From positions 1-40,383 of the IMG/VR virus record IMGVR_UViG_3300027874_000007: a stretch of 40,383 nucleotides of DNA. One strand, written 5' to 3'. Shown here piece after piece: positions 15,943-23,192 of this stretch (position 1 is the first letter of the stretch; the number at the start of each line of letters is the position of its first letter). Source of the DNA: a virus. Lineage: Duplodnaviria > Caudoviricetes. A program made the translations under genes and the position numbers. Under the pieces are notes generated by a model that was given only the letters and a program-made list of their open reading frames with translations, was not told where the DNA came from and ran no database searches.

Positions 15943-17985
15943 TCACGGCATTTGCTGGCCGCGCTGGCCTGTTGGATTCGGAGGAGGCCCGGCGGCGGCG
16001 GCCGCAGGATTCGCGGCGGGATTCTGCGGTGCCCCAGGTCCGCCACCGGGCGGCATTCCAGCCTGCGCCTGCAGCATGGCCGGATCAGGCATCGGCTCGT
16101 CGGGATCGCGTTCGACATCGCTGGGATCGATCCCAAGCGATTGCAAGATGATGGCGTACTCCTTGAGCGGCGAGAAGCGCGTCGTGATCACTTGGAGCAA
16201 CGCGGGATTTGATGCAGCCTGTTGTCGGAGCATCATCAGCTTCTGGAGATCCTTCACGCGTTGCAGCTGGTACTTGTAGCCCTGCACCTTGAAACTGGGC
16301 GCCGACGCGAAACACGCAAAGCGCTCCTGCGGCGAGAGCATCGCCAAGCTCTGCGCATTCTCCGGCCCAACGATGCCGCCCATCCGCGCAATCATCGAGT
16401 CGTCGGCAAACTGCCAGATCGTCAGCCAGCAGAGCTCGAGCAACGGCTCAATCGCGGTGTCCTCGAACCTGAGCGCAATGTTCGAGAACAGATCGTTGCC
16501 GGCATCCTCGACCTGCATGATCTCCGTCGCGGATTGCTTCCGCTGCGGCAGCCGGCCGAGCTGCAAATCGTTGATGCGAAAGGCCTCTTGGCGCATCCGG
16601 CTGATCCGGTCCAAGACGTTCAGCATGTCCTGGTTGAGCGTCCCGGTATCGACCCGCTTGACCACATCGGCGTCCCCGCGGCCTTCCGCGATCTCGAGAT
16701 CGATCCCCGGGCGCAGCCCGCCCTGAATTACACTGGGGTCCTCCAGCATGTAGGAGCGGATCTCCTTCACGCCCAGTGCCGCGTTGAACCCGGCATCGAT
16801 CATCAGGTTCGTCAGCTCCGACTCGGCTTCGACCAGCGGCCGAGCGATGTCGATGAACGCATGGTGCTGCTCCGCCGTCGGCGTCGGCAGCAACGGCACG
16901 GAGATGAACGGCCGCTTGCCTGCCCAGAGGATGTCTCGGATCCGCACCGGTCTCCGGACGACCGACGTCCCCCCAGCCGTCAGGAACATGATGCCCCGGC
17001 AAATCATCTGGCCGGTCTGCGGGTGGATCAGATCCCCCCAGTATTCGCGCAGCAGAGCCCGGTGCTGGGGCTGGCGGAGCGCAGGGGCTATCCCCTCCCT
17101 GCGGCGCTGCTGCTCAAGCTTCTCGCCGCCCGGAGACGCGTGACGCATCTTCTCGATCTCAGTCTGCGAAAAGCCCAGCTCCGGCAGATCGGAGATCGCG
17201 ATCTCCACCTCGTGGATGTCGTAGTGATGCGCCGCAGACGGATCCGGGTAGTGGTCCTCGAATGGCACGATGTCGATCCGCAGCCGCATCGTCGCCTTCG
17301 TCTCGAGCTTGAGCGACCCGCCCGGGCCAATCGAGAAGATCTGCTGGTCATCGGGCGCCATGGTCACTTTCCAGGTCACCACCGATTCGATCAGCCCGAT
17401 CTTCAGCGAATCGTAGACGAGCCGCCCGATGCCGTAGGTGGTCGGGATCTTCCCGCCCTCGACCGCCAGCCGCTCGATCTCTTGGCCCAGGATCTTGCAC
17501 GCCTGATCGGCATCCAGGCCCGGCAGCGGGGGCTCCACGCCCTCGTACTTGGCCGAGAACCAATGCGAAAACCCGACCAGCTGCTGTGTCAGCTGCGCGC
17601 AGACCTGCTCCATCGACGTCTCGAGCGACGGGATCACGATGGCCGACTGGCCCGCCCGCTTCTTCACCAGAAACTCGAACTTGCCGTGGAACGCGTCCCA
17701 GTTCCGGCGGTTCAGCTTCCGGCGCGTCTCCCGTGTCGACTTCGATTGCTCGTAGGCGATCTGCATCGCTTGGAGCAGGATCGCATCGTCCACCTGCGGC
17801 AGCGGGTCGGGATCCTCGATCGGCGGTGCCTCTGCGCCGAGATCAGGTGGCGGCGGGGGCGGGCCACCCATCGGCATCCCGGGCGGCGGCATGCCCGGCT
17901 GCGGCGGCTGCGGCAGCGGCGGCGGATTCGGGATCCCGGCCAGCGGGGCCCCCGGATCGAGCGGAATGCCCGGCCCGCCGTTCAC
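15943..17985 (-). CDS. Portal protein
   Basis: 680 aa directly after the large terminase; PFISVPLLP, KQSATEI motifs of podovirus-type portals. Confidence 0.85.
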   Translation of the reverse strand: MNGGPGIPLDPGAPLAGIPNPPPLPQPPQPGMPPPGMPMGGPPPPPPDLGAEAPPIEDPDPLPQVDDAILLQAMQIAYEQSKSTRETRRKLNRRNWDAFHGKFEFLVKKRAGQSAIVIPSLETSMEQVCAQLTQQLVGFSHWFSAKYEGVEPPLPGLDADQACKILGQEIERLAVEGGKIPTTYGIGRLVYDSLKIGLIESVVTWKVTMAPDDQQIFSIGPGGSLKLETKATMRLRIDIVPFEDHYPDPSAAHHYDIHEVEIAISDLPELGFSQTEIEKMRHASPGGEKLEQQRRREGIAPALRQPQHRALLREYWGDLIHPQTGQMICRGIMFLTAGGTSVVRRPVRIRDILWAGKRPFISVPLLPTPTAEQHHAFIDIARPLVEAESELTNLMIDAGFNAALGVKEIRSYMLEDPSVIQGGLRPGIDLEIAEGRGDADVVKRVDTGTLNQDMLNVLDRISRMRQEAFRINDLQLGRLPQRKQSATEIMQVEDAGNDLFSNIALRFEDTAIEPLLELCWLTIWQFADDSMIARMGGIVGPENAQSLAMLSPQERFACFASAPSFKVQGYKYQLQRVKDLQKLMMLRQQAASNPALLQVITTRFSPLKEYAIILQSLGIDPSDVERDPDEPMPDPAMLQAQAGMPPGGGPGAPQNPAANPAAAAAGPPPNPTGQRGQQMP

Positions 17986-19463
17986 AGGAGATCCCGCTGC
18001 TCGCGCTGGAAGCCGTACGCCGGCGGCGGAATGGGCGCCCGCTTCGGCTGCCCGATCCGGGTCGCCTGCGTCAACGATGCCGCCTCACGCAAGAACAGGA
18101 TGTAGCCCATCGCGTCCGAGATGTGGGTGCGCTGATAGTACGGGTCGTCCCGCTTGTGGCTCTTGTTGATGTGCCCGCCGTCACGGCTCCAGAGCACCTG
18201 CTCCAAGTCGGCAATGAGCTCGACGCACCCCGGCGCCACCTCGAGGCGCACGGGGGCCCCCGCCGCCCCCAAGAGGAAGTTCACCAAGTTGACCCGGTTC
18301 CGGTCGGGCGGATTCTGCGGCGGCACGGCAAGTCGCACCCGCGGCCCGCCTGCCATCGCCGCCAACAGCACCTCGTAATCCGTTTTTCCCGTCTGCGCGT
18401 GGCGATGTTCGGCCATGGCGTCACCGCACAAGACGATCTCGTGCCGATGAGTCGAGAAACGTTCGCGGATGGTGTCGCCCAGCTCGCCCAGCGTCCCGGG
18501 CCGGAGCACGATCTCATCCAGCGCCCGCCAGATTTTGCCGTGCTGCTGCATGATGATCGCGCAGAGCGGATCGACGTTCACATCCACGCCCACATAGAGC
18601 GGACGCATCGGGTCGATCGACGGCGGCCCCAAGGTCTTGTTGACGTGCAGTCGGCGCTCGAACCCGCTGTAACAGCGTGCCCCGATCAATCCCGGCAGGA
18701 GCTCGCCCAAGATGCGGATCCGGTAGTCAAGCGACCCCGGTGCGTAGAGCCGCCGTGCGAGGCCGAGCTGCTCCTCCGTGATGTACGGATTGTCCGCCAT
18801 CGAGACGTTGATGATCCGCGTGTCGTCGCCCAGCCGCTTGTGCAGCCACGGCTCGATCTTCTCGGACCAGAGCCACTGACAGACGCCCCCCGACTGCCCC
18901 GGCGGCGGCAGCAAGGTCGCCGCCATCCGCACCAAGACGCGGCTCCCCGCCCCGAACCGAATCGCGCACTCGTTGTAGATCGGCCACGTCGGCGGCTCGT
19001 CGTAGTCCACCTCGTCGATCGCCGCCCCAGCGAATTTATCGCGTCCTTGCTCGCAGCTCTTGAGCACGCACCGCCAGCCCTCGTGCCCGATCACCTCCCA
19101 GTCCGGCGACGTCCGCACCTGCGCGATCTCGGTCTCCGGAATGAACGGCACGATGCCCGGGGCGCCCTCGTAGAGCTGCGGGACGATGTTCTGGCGGCTC
19201 ATCGCGTTCGACGGCGAGACGATCCAGATCAGTTTCGCCGCGCCGCTCCGCAGCCGCCGCGCCACCCGCGCACAGAGCGCAATCGTCTTCCCCGATCGGT
19301 TGGCGCCGAGCAACAGCACTTCGCGCGTATCGTCGTCCTCGACGAACTGCTGCTGCTTCGGATGCGCCTTCGGGAAGCTGCGAAAGTGGCGGAGCGCATC
19401 GGTGGCGACCCGCCGCTCCCATTCGTCGACCACCTCGGCGGCATAGGCGAGCGCGTCCTCCAC
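17982..19463 (-). CDS. terL: Terminase large subunit
   Basis: Walker A GANRSGKT, Walker B VDYDEPP, DNPYI, RNase-H-like GVDVNVDP and HISDAMGY. GTG start overlaps the upstream TAG. Confidence 0.93.
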   Translation of the reverse strand: MEDALAYAAEVVDEWERRVATDALRHFRSFPKAHPKQQQFVEDDDTREVLLLGANRSGKTIALCARVARRLRSGAAKLIWIVSPSNAMSRQNIVPQLYEGAPGIVPFIPETEIAQVRTSPDWEVIGHEGWRCVLKSCEQGRDKFAGAAIDEVDYDEPPTWPIYNECAIRFGAGSRVLVRMAATLLPPPGQSGGVCQWLWSEKIEPWLHKRLGDDTRIINVSMADNPYITEEQLGLARRLYAPGSLDYRIRILGELLPGLIGARCYSGFERRLHVNKTLGPPSIDPMRPLYVGVDVNVDPLCAIIMQQHGKIWRALDEIVLRPGTLGELGDTIRERFSTHRHEIVLCGDAMAEHRHAQTGKTDYEVLLAAMAGGPRVRLAVPPQNPPDRNRVNLVNFLLGAAGAPVRLEVAPGCVELIADLEQVLWSRDGGHINKSHKRDDPYYQRTHISDAMGYILFLREAASLTQATRIGQPKRAPIPPPAYGFQREQRDLL

Positions 19464-19669
19464 TAGGTCAGGTACCTTCGCGGCGGCATCAGCCAGCTGA
19501 TCCGCTGCGGGATCAGGCCGACCAGCGACAAGAGCCACAAGATCACCGCGATCACGATGACCACCCGGATCACCTGCTTGATCGCGGGATCGATCGGCAG
19601 CAGCGTCTCGACGAGGTAGAGGATCAGCCCGATCACGATCAAGATGACGATCAACTGGATCAAGGGCAC
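19463..19669 (-). CDS. Two-TM membrane protein (Thivi_2564-like family)
   Basis: MPLIQLIVILIVIGLILYLVETLLPIDPAIKQVIRVVIVIAVILWLL; AAGGAGG RBS. Confidence 0.85.
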   Translation of the reverse strand: MPLIQLIVILIVIGLILYLVETLLPIDPAIKQVIRVVIVIAVILWLLSLVGLIPQRISWLMPPRRYLT

Positions 19670-20193
19670 GGTGCACCTCCTTCACCCTTGCCGTTCGACT
19701 CGACGGGAATCGCCGGCGGGGCACAGACGGGACAGACGCCTTGCTCCTCCTTCAAGCGTCGCGCCATCGCCAAGACCACGCCCACCAGCTGCTTCTCCGT
19801 CATCGCCCCCGGCGCTTGTCGGGTGGGCTTCGGCCCCTCGAGCAAGACCGCCAGCCGCACTTGGCCTTCACTCGCCCGCAAGACGCCCGTCGCCGCCTGA
19901 CTGACGCGCTGGGCGACGCTGGCGCACTCCCGCAATAGGAACAGCGCTTCCTTGCCGTCGAAGTCGCCCACGTCGACGCGCTGGCGCACCAGCCCCGTCA
20001 GCTTCCGCACGATCGGCTCGAGCGCCGTCCACGCCCCGACCATCCCCTCGCCGGCATCCAAGGTCTTCCGCGCGAGATCGACCACGCGCTCGCCGGAGAG
20101 CCGCGTCAGCCCGTGGGTCGCCGTCAAGTCGGTCGCGACATGCTGCGGGACGAGACCGGCAGCGGCGCCGCGTTTGCGCGTCCGCCCCGCCAT
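19660..20193 (-). CDS. Putative terminase small subunit
   Basis: 177-aa helical protein with a basic N-terminus upstream of terL; assigned by position only. Confidence 0.45.
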   Translation of the reverse strand: MAGRTRKRGAAAGLVPQHVATDLTATHGLTRLSGERVVDLARKTLDAGEGMVGAWTALEPIVRKLTGLVRQRVDVGDFDGKEALFLLRECASVAQRVSQAATGVLRASEGQVRLAVLLEGPKPTRQAPGAMTEKQLVGVVLAMARRLKEEQGVCPVCAPPAIPVESNGKGEGGAPCP

Positions 20194-20202
20194 CGCGCCC
20201 GC

Positions 20203-20394
20203 TCAGTACGTGTCGCTGGGCGTCGCCTCGCCGCCCCCACCACCCGGCTTGCCCGGCGTGGCCCCCTTCGCGGTCTCCTTCGACCACCCCGGGCCGGGAC
20301 TCGGCCGACTCTCGTTCGTCTTCTCGGTCCCCGGCGCCGCGCCTGGCACCTGCCCGGCTGGGGCGATCACTTCGTAGCCATCGGTGAACGGCAT
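20203..20394 (-). CDS. Small Gly/Pro-rich protein (63 aa)
   Basis: MPFTDGYEV...SDTY after a GAGGAGG RBS. Confidence 0.65.
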   Translation of the reverse strand: MPFTDGYEVIAPAGQVPGAAPGTEKTNESRPSPGPGWSKETAKGATPGKPGGGGGEATPSDTY

Positions 20395-20408
20395 GGAGAG
20401 CAGCCTCC

Positions 20409-20549
20409 TCAGTATTGGATCACTTGCGTCTTCGGGGGCGCATCGGGATCGACGGGCTCTTCCTTCGTCGGCGGCGGGACCTCCTCGTCCTCCTCCGGGG
20501 GCGGCTCGTGCTCCGGATGCTCCGCGCGATGCGATGGGTGCTTTGCCAT
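20409..20549 (-). CDS. Small acidic Glu/Pro-rich peptide (46 aa), first gene of the late operon
   Basis: Not in the ORF track. MAKHPSHRAEHPEHEPPPEEDEEVPPPTKEEPVDPDAPPKTQVIQY with an AGAGGAGG RBS. Confidence 0.65.
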   Translation of the reverse strand: MAKHPSHRAEHPEHEPPPEEDEEVPPPTKEEPVDPDAPPKTQVIQY

Positions 20550-20555
20550 GCCCCT

Positions 20556-20565
20556 CCTCTATGCC
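20556..20565 (-). promoter_or_regulatory. GGCATAGAGG motif, copy 3, at the head of the late operon
   Basis: Exact 10-mer, 6 nt before the ATG at 20549. Confidence 0.55.
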
Positions 20566-20613
20566 CCCCGCGCGTTGACACCGGCTGCATCGCGGCGTTA
20601 CATCGGCCAGCAC

Positions 20614-20829
20614 ATGAGCACCCCAGCCGATCGCCACCCCTTCGACCCCGTCTCCGAGGCCATCGGGGAGCTCCGCGCCGAGATGCGCGCCGTCCGCAGT
20701 ACCCTTGAGCACGTGGATACCCGCGTCGGCCGCCTCGAAGATCGCATGTGGTGGGTGATCGGCATCGTCGTCACCGGGCTGCTGGCCCAAGTCGGCACCT
20801 TGGTCGCCGTCCTCGTGCGCGCGCACTAA
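20614..20829 (+). CDS. Coiled-coil plus C-terminal TM protein (XhlA-like architecture)
   Basis: IGELRAEMRAVRSTLEHVDTRVGRLEDRMWWVIGIVVTGLLAQ; a perfect TTGACA at 20575-20580 upstream. Confidence 0.75.
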   Translation: MSTPADRHPFDPVSEAIGELRAEMRAVRSTLEHVDTRVGRLEDRMWWVIGIVVTGLLAQVGTLVAVLVRAH

Positions 20830-20983
20830 CGACCTCCCGCGACCTCCCGCCAGCCCCTGCGCCGTCCCGCCACCCTGGCGCGCGCGCACTAACCGAGCGT
20901 GCATCGGACTGCACACGTTGCAAGTCTGGCACCTCGCATGCTACGTGCCTCCCGTTCGTCGTCGTCGTACGGAGGTCGGTCGC

Positions 20984-21463
20984 ATGGGTCGGGTGGCACG
21001 GGATGCTACGCGTTTGGACGCCGCGTTCCCCGTGCCGCCCTATCTTCCCCCCCCCGCCCGCACCATCCTCCCGTGGGCGCGCCGCTACGTCGCCACCACC
21101 GCCCGCCGCTCGAGCCTCTCCCTTGATGACGCGTGGGATGAAGCCATCACGGCGCTGCTCCGCGCTGCGGTCTACTTTCAGCCCGGCGCTGGCACGTTCC
21201 ATGCCTACGCCCGCACCGCCGTCATCCGCGGCCTCTGGCGCTACTGCCGCCGTCCCAGCCGCCTCCCCATCGAGGGACTTCCCGCGCACGCACTAACAGC
21301 CCCCAGCGCCGAGACCGTCGTGGCGCTCGCCGACCTGGCCGCGGCTTATGCTGCGGATGAAGTCGGGGCAGCGATGGCGATCCAGTCGCCGCGCTCAACA
21401 TCCAGCCTGAGCCCTAGCTTCTTGGCGATGCCATGCATGCCGCGCGTAGCGACAAAGGACTGA
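20984..21463 (+). CDS. Sigma-70 region-2-only protein
   Basis: GGAGGT RBS. SLDDAWDEAITALLRAAVYFQPGAGTFHAYARTAVIRGLWRYCRR follows the sigma region 2.2-2.4 pattern; no region-4 HTH in the ORF. Confidence 0.7.
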   Translation: MGRVARDATRLDAAFPVPPYLPPPARTILPWARRYVATTARRSSLSLDDAWDEAITALLRAAVYFQPGAGTFHAYARTAVIRGLWRYCRRPSRLPIEGLPAHALTAPSAETVVALADLAAAYAADEVGAAMAIQSPRSTSSLSPSFLAMPCMPRVATKD

Positions 21464-21663
21464 GCGAATGCCTGCTCGGCCGTCTTCCCCGCATGCAACG
21501 CCGTCGCGCAATCGTCCGCCGCGCGGAGATAGTGACCGATCCGGTAGATGTTCGGCTGGTAGCGCCGCCGCACTTCGTGCGCCGTCTCCTGCGCATCCAA
21601 GCGTACCAGCAAGGCTCCTAATCGGGCACGGAAGACCGCAATCTCGTCTGTAGTCATGGTCAT
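21346..21663 (-). CDS. Hypothetical protein
   Basis: MTMTTDEIAVF... plausible globular sequence; last gene of a small minus-strand cassette. Confidence 0.6.
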   Translation of the reverse strand: MTMTTDEIAVFRARLGALLVRLDAQETAHEVRRRYQPNIYRIGHYLRAADDCATALHAGKTAEQAFAQSFVATRGMHGIAKKLGLRLDVERGDWIAIAAPTSSAA

Positions 21664-21739
21664 CGACTCGCTTTCTGGAGCCACAGCCGCTCCGCCAGTG
21701 GCACGCGCCGCGGGCATGCCACCAGACGCATCGGCCGCG

Positions 21740-21817
21740 TCACCGCTGGATCAGCCCGAACCGCTGCAGCACATGGACCACGTACATGCCCGCCACAAAG
21801 AGCGCGATCGCCATCAT
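21740..21817 (-). CDS. Hydrophobic micropeptide (25 aa)
   Basis: MMAIALFVAGMYVVHVLQRFGLIQR, ATGA-coupled to the upstream peptide. Confidence 0.45.
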   Translation of the reverse strand: MMAIALFVAGMYVVHVLQRFGLIQR

Positions 21818-21882
21818 GGGATCACCAGATACGCCGTCGCGCTCACCAGCATCGTCACGGCGCTCAGCACAATGATCGTCAT
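21814..21882 (-). CDS. Hydrophobic micropeptide (22 aa)
   Basis: MTIIVLSAVTMLVSATAYLVIP starts 4 nt after the upstream stop. Confidence 0.45.
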   Translation of the reverse strand: MTIIVLSAVTMLVSATAYLVIP

Positions 21883-21886
21883 GGCC

Positions 21887-22066
21887 CTACGCCTCGCACG
21901 CGGCCCGAAACCGCCCCTCGTCGAACCGCGGTCCGAACGCCCGAAACAACGCAACGTACGCCTCCTCGATCTGGTCGATCTTGGCTCCGATCGTCTCCGC
22001 GTACTGCCGATGGCGTCTGAGCTCCCGCACGTACCGCGCGGCATACTCAAAATGCTTCTTCGTCAT
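21887..22066 (-). CDS. Small conserved phage protein (MTKKHF...PRFD..RF..AC family)
   Basis: AGGAGG RBS; pattern recurrent in phage early genes. Confidence 0.8.
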   Translation of the reverse strand: MTKKHFEYAARYVRELRRHRQYAETIGAKIDQIEEAYVALFRAFGPRFDEGRFRAACEA

Positions 22067-22158
22067 GGTCAACCTCCTAGGTAATGTCATGTGGCCATGT
22101 GGCCACTCACTCACATGGACGTGATTACCTAAGAAGGTGTGTCACCGCAAGAGCGCAC

Positions 22159-22593
22159 ATGCCTGGCAAGCGTAACCTCGCCCGCGAACGCGCCCAGCAC
22201 GCCGCCACCGAACACGAGCGGAGCGCCGCTCTATACACGATGCTCTGTCAGGCGCTCCCAGACCGCGAACAAGCGATCATCGGCCACGCCCGCATCCTGC
22301 ACCACCTCGCCTCCCTCCACGTTACCCGTCGCAACGGCCGCCCACTCTCCTGGCGCATCGTCACGCGCTGGCGTCGCCTCCACGCCTTCCCGCTCCTCTC
22401 CGGCGCCTATCGCCCTCACCACCTCGCCCCGCCGTTCTCCACCACGCACGCCATCACCGCCTGGCTCCTCACTCGCCTCTCCTCTGACGAGCACGAACTC
22501 TTCCGTGTCGGTCAACCCTCACGCGTGGAACCGCAAGGGAACGCGCCCCGAGATTCGCGTAGCGCAGAGCGCACCCTGGCCGACGCCGCATAG
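22159..22593 (+). CDS. Putative winged-HTH DNA-binding protein
   Basis: IIGHARILHHL...SWRIVTRWRRLHAFPL...STTHAITAWL resembles Xis/MerR-type wHTH. Confidence 0.55.
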   Translation: MPGKRNLARERAQHAATEHERSAALYTMLCQALPDREQAIIGHARILHHLASLHVTRRNGRPLSWRIVTRWRRLHAFPLLSGAYRPHHLAPPFSTTHAITAWLLTRLSSDEHELFRVGQPSRVEPQGNAPRDSRSAERTLADAA

Positions 22594-22879
22594 CGCAACC
22601 TGACTGGGCCTCGAGAGCGCCGGCGTTGCATCCCGCGTTGCACCCGGAGCTCGCTTGAGCGTAACCCTGCGGAGTGCAAGCGACTGCAGGCGGCGAGCAT
22701 CAGGGGGCCAGCCTGACGCCAGGGGTTTTCCACTACCCCCTCCGCTCGAGTGCCTCAGAATCGGGCAGGCGGGAAGGCAGAGCTCAAGCCAGCTGCCATG
22801 CGAGCTGCGACGACCCCGGGCTTGCCGACCGCTTCGACGACTCGCTCGCCGGCCCGGGGCCGAAGCATCCCCTCCTGTA

Positions 22880-23190
22880 CGGAGCTGCCAGAATGGCAAC
22901 TTTTCGAGGCACCAGAAGTGGCCGGAGGGGGGGTGCCACGGGGTACACCAAACATTCTGCTGGCGCTGTGCCCCCCCTCTTCCCCTAGTGTTCTATACCC
23001 CTTGGTACCCCTGGTACCCTGGTGGGGGGGTAATAAAAGAGCAACGGATACCGTGGTTTGAGGAGTGCCAGGGAGGTGCCACGGGTGCCAGCGGAAAGTC
23101 TTCAGAAGGGGCTGGTAGGGCTGGCACCCCTGGCACAGGGGGAGGGGGAGAAGGAGAGGTGCCATGGGGGGTGCTGGCACCCCTTGTAGA
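22880..23190. other. Putative replication origin with GTGCCA/TGGCAC iterons
   Basis: Non-coding gap next to the primase-helicase gene. Repeated GTGCCA/TGGCAC in both orientations, tandem TGGTACCC copies, an AT patch (taataaaaga), and the GC-skew switch point. Confidence 0.7.
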
Positions 23191-23192
23191 GG

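Noticed and set aside
16222-19466. 627-aa and 626-aa plus-strand ORFs
   Set aside because: Antisense shadows of portal and terminase in high-GC DNA.
22880-23190. CRISPR or mini-array
   Set aside because: Repeats are 6-8 bp, irregularly spaced and in both orientations; there are no cas genes.
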